From the NCBI RefSeq assembly GCF_009834535.1, contig NC_045697.1, forward strand, positions 2,234,001 to 2,298,000: DNA of 64,000 nt, written 5' to 3'. Position 1 is the stretch's first letter. Each line of letters starts with the position of its first letter. The stretch is from Camelus ferus. Lineage: Eukaryota. Both the position numbers and the translations under genes were made by a program. Under the pieces are notes generated by a model. That model saw nothing but the letters and a program-made list of their open reading frames with translations. It ran no database searches and was not told where the DNA came from. Positions 11,615 through 23,352 of the stretch are shown in pieces.

Positions 11615-12350
11615 TTAAAACTTGAAGTACAGTTGATTTACAATGTTGTGTTAGTTTCAGGTGTACAGCGGTCATTTATTTATACGTATGTATATATGTT
11701 CATTTTCATTATAGGTTACCACAAGAGATTGACTATAGTTCCCTGTGCTGTACAGAATAAATTTGTTTTTTAAAATCTATTTATATATATAGTGGTTAAC
11801 ATTTGCAAATCTCAAACTCCCAAGTTTATGCCCTCCCACCCCCTCTCCCCAGTAACCATAAGGTTGTTTACTGTGTCTGCGAGTCCGTTTCTGTTTTGTA
11901 GTTGAGTTCATTAGTGTCTTCTTTTTCTCTTTTTAAAGATTCTGCATATGAGTGATATCATACAGTATTTTTCTTTCTCTTTATTTTTGTATATACTAGT
12001 TTGTATCTGCTAACCCTGGACTCCCAGTTTAATCCCTCCCCACCCCTTTCCCCTTTGGTAGCCTTGCGTTTGTTTTCTATGTCTGTGAGTCTGTTTCTGT
12101 CTTGTAAATAAGCTTATTTGTGTCCTTTTTTAGATCCCACATGTAAATGGCATCATCTGATACGGCATTTGTCTCGGTCTGACTCACTTCACTGAGTGTG
12201 ACCATCTCTGGGTCCGCCACATTACTGCAGATGGCATCACTTCATTCTCTGTTTATGGCCGAGTGTATATATGCCACGTGCACTGCATACGTGTGCCACG
12301 CGTGCTTTACCCAGGCGTCTGTCGATGGGCACTTAGGCTGCGTCCACACA
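11615..12350 (-). mobile_element. Composite of two artiodactyl/camelid L1 3'-UTR pieces
   Basis: ttgaagtacagttgatttacaatgttgtgttagtttcaggtgtacagc; the ctccca...ccctccc...gagtc.gtttctgt block occurs twice with divergence, junction near 11980. Confidence 0.85.
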
Positions 12351-13379
12351 TTTACGACATATGTTTTTAAGACCTGGCTGGGCGTGGACTGTTGAAAAAG
12401 CGCCCCGGCCAGCAGTGATCTCAGTGGTGGGTCCTTCCGGGCTTGTTTCTGAGCTTTGCTGGGGTGGCTCCGGCCTGGCCCATGTTCTAGGGCTGTGCAG
12501 TCTACTCTTAGCGCCTGGCCCTTCCTCCCAGCCTGACTGGGTGGGACACAGGCAGTTCCCAGCCCTGTGCTGCCCCCAGACTCTGCCCTCAGCCTCCAGG
12601 TCCCCAGGGGCTGGCCTCCGTCCTGCCCCGCCACGCCTGGCCCTGCACATGGCGGCTTGGAGTTTAGAAGACTTCAGGGCCCCCCCCACACCCATCTGAA
12701 TCTCCTTCCCACCAGCTTCCTCGTCTGCCCCACAGATTCCAGCTGCCGCAAACTCCGCAAACTCCCCAGACTCTAGCAGAGCCCGGCGAGAACCCCCAGG
12801 CTATCTTGGGCTCCACCCCCCAGCCTGTGGTTGGAAATCGCCTCTGGGCAGAAAGCAGGGGGGACGTGGGGCCACCCAGCATCCCTCTCAGCACACAGCC
12901 CTGCCTGGCCTGCTGCCTGCTGTCTGCGAACGCCGCCGCTTGCGCTGCGCCCCGGCCCCACCGCACGGCAGGAGGCCCGCTGGGGTCCCGCCTCTCTGTC
13001 CTGCAGAAGCAGAGCGCCACACAGGCTTTCCTTTTACAGAAGGCAGTGAGCTGCATGCCCCCGTCCGTGCCTCGTTTTCCCATGACCAGCACACCCCTGA
13101 GAACTCAGAGGTCTCCTCCTCCCTGGGACTGCCTGGTGCCCGCCGTGGAGATGGACCTCGCTTCATCCAGCCGGCCCCTGAGGGAGGGCGGTGGGGAGGC
13201 CCCGCGGCGTGACAGCGCTACTACCGCCCTGATGAGTGCCCTCTGTGTGTGTGCGATTCCGCGCTCCAGGAGGGTGTCTTTGGGACGGATCTGAGACGGC
13301 TGAGCCTACGGGGAAAAGCAGCTGTGCTTTTGTCATTTGCTGCTCAGCTGCCCTCCAGTGCGGCACCGTTCTGCCCCCC

Positions 13380-13860
13380 TCCGGCAGCGGGCGGGGCTGC
13401 CTGCCCCTCAGCCCACCGCCCGCCCCGGCCCCTCTGGGCGTCAGCGCTCCGCTGCGGAAGAGGCGGGGTCTCCGGGTGGTCTATTTGCACTTCTCTGATG
13501 ATAAGAGAGGCTCAGCCCATTTGTGTGTGTGTGGGGGCCTCTGCCTGTCTGTGCACGTCTTCCTACGGCCTGCCTGCTCACGCTCTGCGCTCTCCCCTCC
13601 TTCTGGGCCAGGTCGGGCCCTGCCCTCGCGGCTCCATTAGGAGCCCTGCTGCGGGAGGGCCAGCCCCTTGCCTGTGACACGGATTGTAACGGTTTCTCCG
13701 CGCTTCGTGCTCGTGTGTTTGACGTTGCCGATGCCCTAGTGCTCCATGTGCGTGCGTTCAGGCTGCATCGTGGGGTCCCCAGACCTCCCTGTGCTGCTCT
13801 GGCTTCGAGTCATAGTGAGGAGGGCAATTCCCGCCCTTAGGTCACAAGGAATTCACCACA
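13380..13860 (-). mobile_element. Old L1 (L1ME-like) ORF2 3' fragment, GC-shifted
   Basis: ggtggtctatttgcacttctctgatgataagagaggct; agccccttgcctgtgacacggattgtaacggtttctcc. Confidence 0.55.
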
Positions 13861-15534
13861 AATTTCCCAGGCAGTTGTGTCGCTCCCTGTGTCACATGTC
13901 GCCCCAATCCACTGGTGCTTATTTGAGGGGATGCTCAAGTCCAGATCCAATTTTTCTTTTCCAGATGCTTTACCCAATTTTCTGACAATGCTGATGCGTA
14001 CTGAGCCCGGGGCACCTGAAGCCTGCAAAGGGTGAGCAATCTCCTAGCCTGCGTTCCAGAAAACAGCCCCTGCCCCATGTGGCTTCGAGGACACCACGAC
14101 GCCCCTGCTTACCTGTGGCAAGGCCAGACAGAGAGCCTCACACCCCCTCTCTGGCCCAGTGGTCATCTGGAGCGCTGGTCCCCACTGCTCCCCGGAACCC
14201 GGACGCTCATCCCCTGACTTCGGTTATGCCGGGCTCCTTCCTCCCGGCATCCCTTGTCCTCACTGAATTCTCTTATTTGCTGATTGTTGTTTGGTGATTC
14301 TCTGGTGATTTTTTCTGATAACTGCCACGCACCTGAACGTGAAGATGTTCAGCGTCTCTCGGAACACGATTGCCTGACCTCTCACCTCCTGCCTCCCCTG
14401 CTCCCTCGCCCCCAGCAGTGGTGAGCCACTCTTAACTGCCTCTAGCATCAAACCTCAGGACCTTTTCACCAGCTATGCCCTCACCCGGGTCATGGTTTCT
14501 GCTGCCTCCTGCAGCCAGTTTCTTCTTTTCCCATGATGAGGTGGAATGAGCAGCTTTTCCTGCCACGCCCCTCTGGTCTGCCCACAAATCCCACAGGATG
14601 GGGTGTGAGGGGTCTCAGGGCCATGTTGTGATCATCTTGGGACCCTCGGGAGGCCAGGATCTCCCGCCTAAAGCGGTGCGGCAGGGGGCTTCCTGAGGGA
14701 GGGGCTGGCTGAGCGCCTGACTTAACTTGGGAGGTCTCCGGGGTTGTCTGTTCCCAGCGAAACATGGTCCAGGCCCAACGCACCTGGGCGTGCTTGCCCC
14801 CAGGAGGGCGGATGCCCAGCGGCCAGCAGGTTGTTTAAAGTCTCACCTGCCTCGCTGGGAGACTGACTATGCAGACAAACAACGGCCAGACCGTATGAAG
14901 GCAGAGCGCTGACCCGCAGCCCGCAGCCGCGCCTAGGGAGCCGGCCTGCTGTGAGTCAGGCTCGCGCGAGGTCAGGCTCCTGTCTCCAGCAACACCCCAG
15001 GAGCCGGACAGCAACCCCTGTGACAATCGGCCAGGACCTGACCAGTAACGGACAACGTCCCTAATCATCCTGCTTCCAACTCAGACCCCAGAAGGCCCAA
15101 TCTGCCCCTGGCCAGTCACCTGGGTTGCCCCTCTTCTGGTAGCCAGGTCCCCCGAGGCCCCCAGCCCCCACCAGGCACCCTGAGCCCCCTCTTCTCCCCT
15201 GGGAAGCGCCCCACTCCTCCACCTGCGTCTCTGCCAAGTGCAGTGACGGTGGCCGACCCCCTGCCCAGCCAGCTCTGAGCTGACTCTTTGCTTTCTGAGT
15301 GGGGGCCTCTGTTTCATCCCACACCCCTCTCTCACAGCAGGTGGAGGCTCCCTGGGGCCAGGCCTCTCCGGGGCACTTGGGTGGGAGGGATCGGCACCTG
15401 TGAGGGAACCCAAACGCTTGATGTCAAGGACCCCCAGGTGGTGGTTGATTGCCAGTGAGAGGGAGGTGGCAGGGGGCTCATGGGCCAGGCAGATGGTGGC
15501 CTGGCCATCTTCCCAACATCCCCCCAAGGTGGTC

Positions 15535-15962
15535 GTGGAGGCTCGGGCTGCTGTACTGAATCGAAGGACCACGGGCTGGCGGTTCAACATTGACCGTCTC
15601 TGGTTTCTGGAGGCCGGAGCCCGAGATCAAGGAGCAGGCCGGCTCCTGAGGCTGAGGGGGAATCTGCTCCAGGCCCCTCTCCCAGCTGCTCGGGGTTTGC
15701 TGGCCGTAGCCTTCTTGTTCTTTGGCTTCTAGACACGTCACCTCGCGCTCCCTCTGCCCTCACGGGCCTTCTCCCAGTGTGCGTGCCGCCTGTGCAAATG
15801 CCCCGTTTACAGACGTCAGTTGGATCAGAGCTCACCCTGACGACCTCGGCTCAGCTGATTATGTCTGTGACGCCCCTGCTGCCAAACAGGCCACGTTCTG
15901 CGGTGCTTGGGTTTGGGACTTCCACCTCCAAATTTTTCAGGGACACAATTCAGTTCATAACA
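15535..15962 (-). mobile_element. ERVL-MaLR LTR (MLT1C-like)
   Basis: tttctggaggccggagcccgagatcaagg...gggacacaattcagttcataaca. Confidence 0.8.
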
Positions 15963-16224
15963 GCGCACCTGCTCCCTCACCCCCACTGGTTGAGCTCAGC
16001 CATGTGGCCAGTCTTAGCTGCAAGGGGGTCAGGGCACGTGGTCCAGCTGGGGGCTCGGGAGGAGGAGGAGACCTGCTTCTATCACTGCCACAAATGCCCA
16101 CAAAGTGCCCTGTAGCAGGGGCCTCCTGTAGGCAAGGGGTGGAGGCTGGCCGGAGTGGCCCTCCTGGAAACTGAGCAAGTTTCCAGCCCTGTCCTAGGGC
16201 CTCACACACTGTCCAGTTTCATCT

Positions 16225-16345
16225 GTTCCTCAGCCCTAGGAAGTGGGTATTAAAGTCTCATTTTATGGAAAAGGAGACAGAGGGTCAGAGAGGTTCGTTC
16301 CCTAGTCCCCCAGCTCATGCATGGTTGGGATGGGGACCCAGGGCT
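16225..16345 (-). mobile_element. MIR fragment
   Basis: agccctaggaagtgggtatta...cattttatggaaaaggagacagagggtcagagagg (MIR core). Confidence 0.6.
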
Positions 16346-17302
16346 TCTGTCTCACTGGGTCTCCGCATGCCCAATGTCTTGATTTCCTGGTTCCCTGAGG
16401 GCCCCACTGCGGAGAGTGACTTCCTCTCTCCTTGTTTGTGTGTGCGGCTGGAAGCCAAGGCTGGGCAGGTACGCTGGCCGGTGCTGAGAGGAGTGTCTTG
16501 CATCCACGTGCATCCGGGCACTTGGCCTTTTCCCTGGGAGCTCTCAGGGTGATTCTGATGGAGCGAGGGTGCTGGACTGTCCTGGGGTCAGGAGCTGCTG
16601 GACGTATTGTGGACCCAGCTGTGGGAGGAGGCTCCAGGGCAGTGGGAGCCCAGAGCTTGGAAGACTGTCCTCAGAGCTTCCAGGGGGCAAAGGTGTGTCC
16701 CCACTGGGCCGGCCGTGCCTGTGTCCCCAGCTGGCCTGGTGAGCACGAGCCTTCATTAGCCTGTTTATCCACATGACCGCGAGGCTCTGAGAAGGTAGCC
16801 GCTGGGGAAGGATTTGACCTGGGTCTGTTGGTTCTCAAGCTACTGCTGGTGGGGAGGGTGTGGGGGCTGGAAGCCAGGACGGCCACTCGTCGACCGGGAG
16901 CTTGTGGAGAGGTGTCTGAAAGAGGAGGGGGAGGCCACGTGGGCCCTTGATCAGCCAAGATGGGTGTGTGAGATGAGGGGATACATGCCTGGCAACTGAT
17001 GCAGGGTCTGGAGAGCACCTGGGGGGTGCGTGGTGCAGGCGGACCTGTGCGAGGGGTCGGGAATGAGCAGTGCGGGGCGGTCTTGAGTCCGTGCACGCAG
17101 CTCTGTGTCAGCAGGGACAGCAGTCCCATCAGCCTGTGTGTCCCGCAGCAGGGGGATCACAGCCCTCTTTTTATCAAGACAGAAAATAAAAACAGGAAAG
17201 GTGCTGAATGGCCTCTCCCAGGAGGTGAGGGAAGGCTGGGGTGGCAGGTGGGCGTGCTGGTTCCGACCCAGTGACAGCAGCCAGGTCCCCGCCCTGCGGT
17301 TG

Positions 17303-17748
17303 TGTAACTGAGCAGGACCCTTCCCGGGACAGACCCTCTGCGGCAGCTCCTCCCTGAAGTGCGTAGATAGTAGTACCTGCGCGTTGAAGACGCTAAACCC
17401 CCACCAAGTGGCAGGAAGCGTCTGCTGACGACCGAGCGCGTGGCCCCCAGACCCACTGGCGCCTGAGGATGGTCATGCTAACCCCGTGACCCCGCCCTGT
17501 GACCTGCCAGCAACCACTCAGAGAATTGCCCACGAGCTGAAAACGCACCCTGGATGCCCACCCTCACTTGGCCTTTAAAACGCTTTCCTGAAACCCACAC
17601 CGGGGTCGGGGCCTCTGGAGCACCGGCCGTCCCAGACGCCCCGTCTGTGCCCTGCAGTGAACGCTGCACTTCCCTTCGCCGTGGCCCCGTGTCGGGCGAC
17701 GGGCTTTGCCAGGAGCAGGTGAGCGGACCGCAGTTTGGTTTGGTAACA
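17303..17748 (+). mobile_element. ERV1-class solo LTR
   Basis: TG...CA termini (tgtaactgagcaggaccct ... gagcggaccgcagtttggtttggtaaca), perfect 4-bp TSD GTTG (17299-17302 / 17749-17752), TATA-like tttaaaa at 17574-17580. Confidence 0.85.
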
Positions 17749-20644
17749 GTTGCTGGGTCTGGCCACTCGATGGAGTGACAGGTTGGAGTCTTGGCTCTGG
17801 GGTCCAGCATGCCGGGGGACTTGGGGTTACACTGCTTGCTCCCGGCAGTCTCTCTGTGAGTGGAAATACCAGGGTGGAGCCACATGCTTGTCTGGCGGGA
17901 GAAGGAAGGGAGGGCAGGCAGGAGGCACGTGCAAAGGCCCCCGAGGAAGCATGCGCCGCTGGGCCCCAGATGTAGGGCGAGAAGGAGGAGCTGGGGCCGC
18001 TGGAGGGAGGGCTCGGGCCACAGGAAGGACTGGAGGGCAGTGGCCCGGACTCTCATGCCCCTGCCACATTGACATACAGAGCAGCCCCTCTTCCGGGGCG
18101 CCCATCCCAGGCCCCCAGACCGAGTCGAGGGACAGCTACCATGGGCTGACTCTGTGTAGCCAGCCCAGTCAGCATGCCCAGCCCTTAGAAGGTGGCTTCT
18201 GCCCCACCGACCCAGAGAAGCTGAGGTTCAGCGAGGCCGCGGCTTCCAGAAGGTCAGGTCAGGGCAGGGCAGGTGTTGCCACCTCCTAGGATGAGGGGGA
18301 GCCATGCCTCTCACCAAGCCAGGACCAAACCCGGGGTGCACGTGAGGGGGGTTGCCACGGAAACAGCAGAGATGTGATCGGTGACACTGACTCCTGCCAC
18401 TTTCCGTGAGACAGCGGTGTGAACGTCAGGGAGACTCGGAGCGTGTGTGAGAGCACGGGGCGTGCACGTGTGTAGGCCTGTGTGGACACGGCTCTCCCAG
18501 CCACGGGTGCTGACGGGGGGGGGGGGTCCGGGCAGGGGCCAGGCAGCTCCCTCCCTCCCTCCTTCCCGGCAGGCTGGGGCTGCCTGGCCTCGACCATCTT
18601 CTTTCTCCTGGGCCGGAATGTGCGGAGGCAGGAAGGCAAATTAAAACTGTGAGGGAGGCTGAGCCAGAGGCCAGGACCTTCCCAGAGGCGGGAGGCCACT
18701 GGCAGCATGAGAAATGAGTAAATGGGTGGACAAGCCTGTGGAATCCTTGCCGCAGCCCTGCCCGGCGGACGTTGCTAACCAGGACCGTGTCCGCCTCCTC
18801 CAGGGCCGGGGTGCTCCTCCAGCACCCTTCCTGTCCCTGCGCATTTTCTGAACACCTGTGCACCCTTCAGGGCTCAGCTCAGGGGCCATCGCCTCCAGGG
18901 GACCTTCTGGACCCCTCTTTGGGGCCCCCTCCCCTTCCCTTACTTGGCTGCAGCACTCACTTCTTTCTTCTGTCTCCCTCTCTGACCTGTGAGCTTCCAG
19001 AGGGCGGGGACAGGGCTGCTCAACTGCCCCCAGGCTCCGTTGTGCAGCCAGGGAGCTTGGAGGAGCCGTCCAGGGGCGTGTGTGGAGGGGTAGCCGGGGT
19101 CTCCCGGGAGTGGCAGTGGTTCTAACACTGCAGGAGCTGCCTCAGCCTCGCTGAGCCCGGATGCCCTGCTCCTGGTGGGGTGGGGTCCCCGGGTCCCCCC
19201 TACATCTTTGGTTTGCCCCCGGAGGTGAATCCCCGCGTTTCATTCCCTCCCTGCCCAGAGCACCTCGCCTCTGACAATCCAGTGGGGCTGCGGGCGCTGG
19301 GGGCCCAGACAGAGCCTCGAGGGTGTCTGACACGTCAGGCCGAGAAAAGAAACAGAAACGGTTTTTTTTTTTTTTTTGCAACTTCTTTAAAAGAAAACAA
19401 CAGCATCAATATGTTAAAAATAAACGATTTCTACTGTAAAAGGACAAAACCACCCCAGACAACCCAGAGCTCGTGACGAGAGCTTGGCTGAAGGCGCTGG
19501 AGTCTTACTCACAGCTGCCCGAGGGTGGGAACTGTCCAGCCCGGGACGGATCTAGCAGTGCCGGCAGTGAGGTGTCAGCCCTGCCGTGCGCCGGGGCTGG
19601 AGAGGACACGGACAGGGACATGGTTCTGCCCAGGATGTGTCAAATGAGCTGAGACAGGTCATCTGTCATTGGAGAGGATGCATCTACACAGGCAGGCTGG
19701 TGGAGGATGGGAAGTCAGGGATGTCTTCCTGGAGGAGGTGACCTGTACATGCTGAACTTTGAAGGGCATTCCAAGGAGAGAGAATGCCTTAGAGAAGGAG
19801 CCACTGTGGTGTGTGTGTGGGACCTGTGTGTAAGAGGGCTGCTCACAAGCCAAGGACCCCTTGGTTCAAGTTCCACTCCATCCCTTAGGAGCTGTGACCC
19901 CAGGCCTGCTGCTAAACTTTTTGGGCCCAGTCTTCTCATTCTCAAAACACGAGCAGTAAAAGCGCACAGGAGGCCGAGCCATAGCCCAGGGGAGGCTCCT
20001 TCACTGCCGCGAGGTCAGGGGCAAGTTGGACCCCAAAGTCACATATGTGGCAGCCCAGACTCTGACCCAGACACCCCCTCATCCTTCCCAGGAGGAAAAT
20101 GAACTCGCAAATTCAGATTCCAGTCCCCTACAGGCTCTGAGATCTGCGGGGAGCCGTGAGCTTCATCGGTCATTGGTCACCAGCCCTGGGAGGCGCTCCT
20201 CCTGCCCTGGCCTTCCAGGAGGCTGGCGGCTGGGTGGGCACATTGGGCTTTGGGTGGGGCGGGGGGTCCCCAGGCCAGCACATGTCTGGGGCCCAGGCCC
20301 CCCATGGTGAAGCAATATGTCCAGGGCCTCCTGCTCTTCACTGCCCTTGCTGAATGCTCACCTGTCTCCCCAGGAGGGGGCTGGCGGTACACAGGAGTCA
20401 GGGGCTCTTGGCTCCCCAGCCCCTCACTGCTGGCCACTCTGAGCCTCAGTTACTGTGCCGAGACTTCACCCACTGTTGTAAGGCTCCAGAGCCAAAAAGT
20501 GAAGTGCTGGGCGTGGCCGTGGGGTTCTGCAGCCACGACAACAATTCCCAGGTACCACCTCGCCTGAGCCCACGCAACGCAGCCGGTAAGTGATGGGGCC
20601 CGCAGGACCAAACTCTGACATCGGCCACCCTCTCTGACTGCCTC

Positions 20645-20950
20645 GTAGCAGTCTGCGCTGGCCGTTACAGCAAAGTACCACAGACAGGGCAGCTTGACCA
20701 TCAGGCACTTACTTCCCACAGTCCCGGAGATCAGGGTGTGGGCGGGCACGGCTCCTCCTGAGGCTTCTCTCCCTGGCGTATCTCCTTGGTTTTCACCTGT
20801 CCTCCGCCTGCGTGTCTGGGCCCTGGTCTCCTCTTCTTGCAAGGACCTTGGCCCTGTTGGATTAGGGCCTGCCACCATCTCCAAATATACTCACATTCTG
20901 AAGTACTGGAGGTTAACACTTCAACATGTGAATTTTGGGGGTTCAGCCTG
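20645..20950 (-). mobile_element. MaLR LTR (MLT1B-like)
   Basis: caaagtaccacagacagggcagctt...cacattctgaagtactggaggttaacacttcaacatgtgaattttggggg. Confidence 0.8.
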
Positions 20951-23287
20951 AGCAGCCCCTCTGCAGGGTGGGGCTCCCTCTCTGGGGCGCCTGTTGGGTC
21001 TAGTGTCTGGGAGCTGCCTCATGATCCCGGCCCCCCTCAGCTACTCTTGTCCATGCAGCTCGGCCAAGGCCAGGACAAGCCTCTCCATCCCCAGTCTGCC
21101 TTGGCTCTCAGGATCCTGGATGGAGCCCAGGTCCTCTTCCTGAGGTCTGGCTTGACCAGCCCTGCTGGTCTCCACCTGCCTAAGGGCTTGGCAGGCTTGA
21201 CTGGTCCTACTGAGTGCCCCCATCTGCCGGCTGTTCAAAGCTCAATGGTCAGCAGAGCAACTTGGACCAGCCAGGGTGTCTGGGAAAGCTGTGCCCACCT
21301 CTCTAGGTCACTGGCCAGTGACATCACCCCTTCCCAGACCAGGACACAGAGGGTGTGGCAGGCATGGCAGGAGACCTCAGGCTCTCTTACGTCCCTGAGA
21401 ACTCTAACAGGAAGGGACAGTGTGGCCCTAAAGGCCCGGAGAGAGGGCCGCCCCCAAGGATGGAAGTGCCTTTGGTTGCATGCCTCCTCACACTCAGCCA
21501 TGCCCGTGCCTCCCTCGCGGTGGTCCCTGTCTGTGTCCAAGGGCCCCTCCAGCCTGGGGCAGGCCTGGGCATTTCCAGGTCCTCAGCTTGGGCTTGGAGA
21601 GGGGCTGGGGCTTCGCAGGACTTGTTGAATGAATGAGTCGGGGAGTGAGCACTGCAGTGCCGGGCACACTGGGGCGGCAGGGGGTGCCCAGGCCGCCAGC
21701 GCTGCCGAACGCTAAAGCACTCAGGCTGTGGAGACAAGACAGGAGGGCGAGCGTCTTCCCTTCTGTGGAGGGGCCCCCAGGGCAGCCAGGGTAACAGAGT
21801 GAGTGAGTGAGTGAAGGAATAGGTGAGTGGATGAGTGAACGAATGAATGAGTGAGTGAGTACGTGAAGGAGTGGGTGAGAACAAGGAACTGGAGACTGGG
21901 GAGCACCCTGCTCCTTCATTTAGCTGCTTCCTGGAGGGTCACTGGACGTCGCAGGGAGCGGCGCTGTCTCCCAGGACCAGGCTGGATGGGGGCTTGTCGG
22001 GGTCGGGGGTCAGGAGCCAAGCATCGGTGCCCAAGGGAAACAAGCCCGGAGGGGGCACACGTGGCCCAGAGCTGGCCTGTCTGGGCCTTGACCTGCTGTG
22101 TGGCCCTGGGCAGGTGGTTTCCCCCTCTGTCTGCTTACCTATGTGAGGAAGGCCTCACGGGGGCACTGCTGTGCGGCTGACGTAAGTGCGGTGTAGGTCT
22201 GGTGTGTGCTGCAGGACGGTGCCTGGCACCAAGCAATTCTGCGCGGGTGAGAACTGTGACCTTCCTGGCCAGGCACTGTGGGCTGCTTCTTGCGACCCCC
22301 TTACCAAACCCTCCCAGTGCAGCTCATCAGCCCCGAACCGCATCTTGCCCCACCCCACCGGTCATTCTCCCGCTGCACCGGGGCACGCCTGCCTCGGAGC
22401 CTTCGCACACGCTGCTCAGTGCCCAGCTCCCCGTGCCGCGTCCCTGTGGCTCACTCCCTCACCCCCGGGTCTCTGCCCGCAGGCCAGCTTCGCAGCGGGC
22501 TCTCAGTGCTGAACTGCAGCAGGTGCCCCCCCGTGAGGTGCCCCCCCCTTCCGCCCCTTGCTTCCTCCTAGTTATTCCCCCCCATGCTTGTACCTGTGTC
22601 TGCCTGCCACTTGCTTCCCTGACTTTGCTCTCGCCTGCCCTCCCGGAAGCGCTAGCCGTGCAGGCTTCTGTGCATTTGTTCCCTGCTCCTACAATACTTC
22701 CTGCCCTTATAGAGGGTTTGTGGAGCAAAGGAACGTGTCAACGAGTGTAAAATGTGTTACACGGAGTGAACTGCAGTGGGATGACCTGTGGGGGAGCTGA
22801 GCTGAGCCAATTTTCTAGTCTCTGAGGCCTGGAGGGAAGGCCCCAGGCAGCATGGGGCCCGTCTAGGGGAAAGGGGGCACCTGCAGGTGACTGGGGAGGG
22901 GCCTGGGGCAGGGAGGACAGAGCCAGGCCAGGCCCAGGCAGAAGGGACTTTCCAGGCCAGCTGCATCAGGCATCTGGGCTTGGTCCCATGGACAGTGGGG
23001 AGCCCAGAGGGCTGTGATGGGGTCAGACCCTCACCGGAGAAGGTGGCTGCTGGGGGTGGGTGGGCTGGAGGGGCAGTGTTGGGGCTAGCACAGTGCAGGT
23101 CAAGGTGGCAGAGCCAAACACGTGCACAGATGGCAAGATGCTCCCCGGGTGAGGAGGCTGTGGCCGAGGCCATCTGACCGTGCTGGACTCAGAGCAGCGG
23201 AGAGGGCCTCCTCTGTGCAGCGCCGGGCTGGGCCCTGCCCAGGCCATCAGGCAGAGGGGGCCGAGAGCTCTGTGTGGTTCCCCTGCC

Positions 23288-23290
<3 letters not shown>

Positions 23291-23351
<61 letters not shown>

Positions 23352-23352
23352 G
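23291..23352. repeat. Compound microsatellite (TG)20(AG)11
   Basis: Direct reading. Confidence 0.97.
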
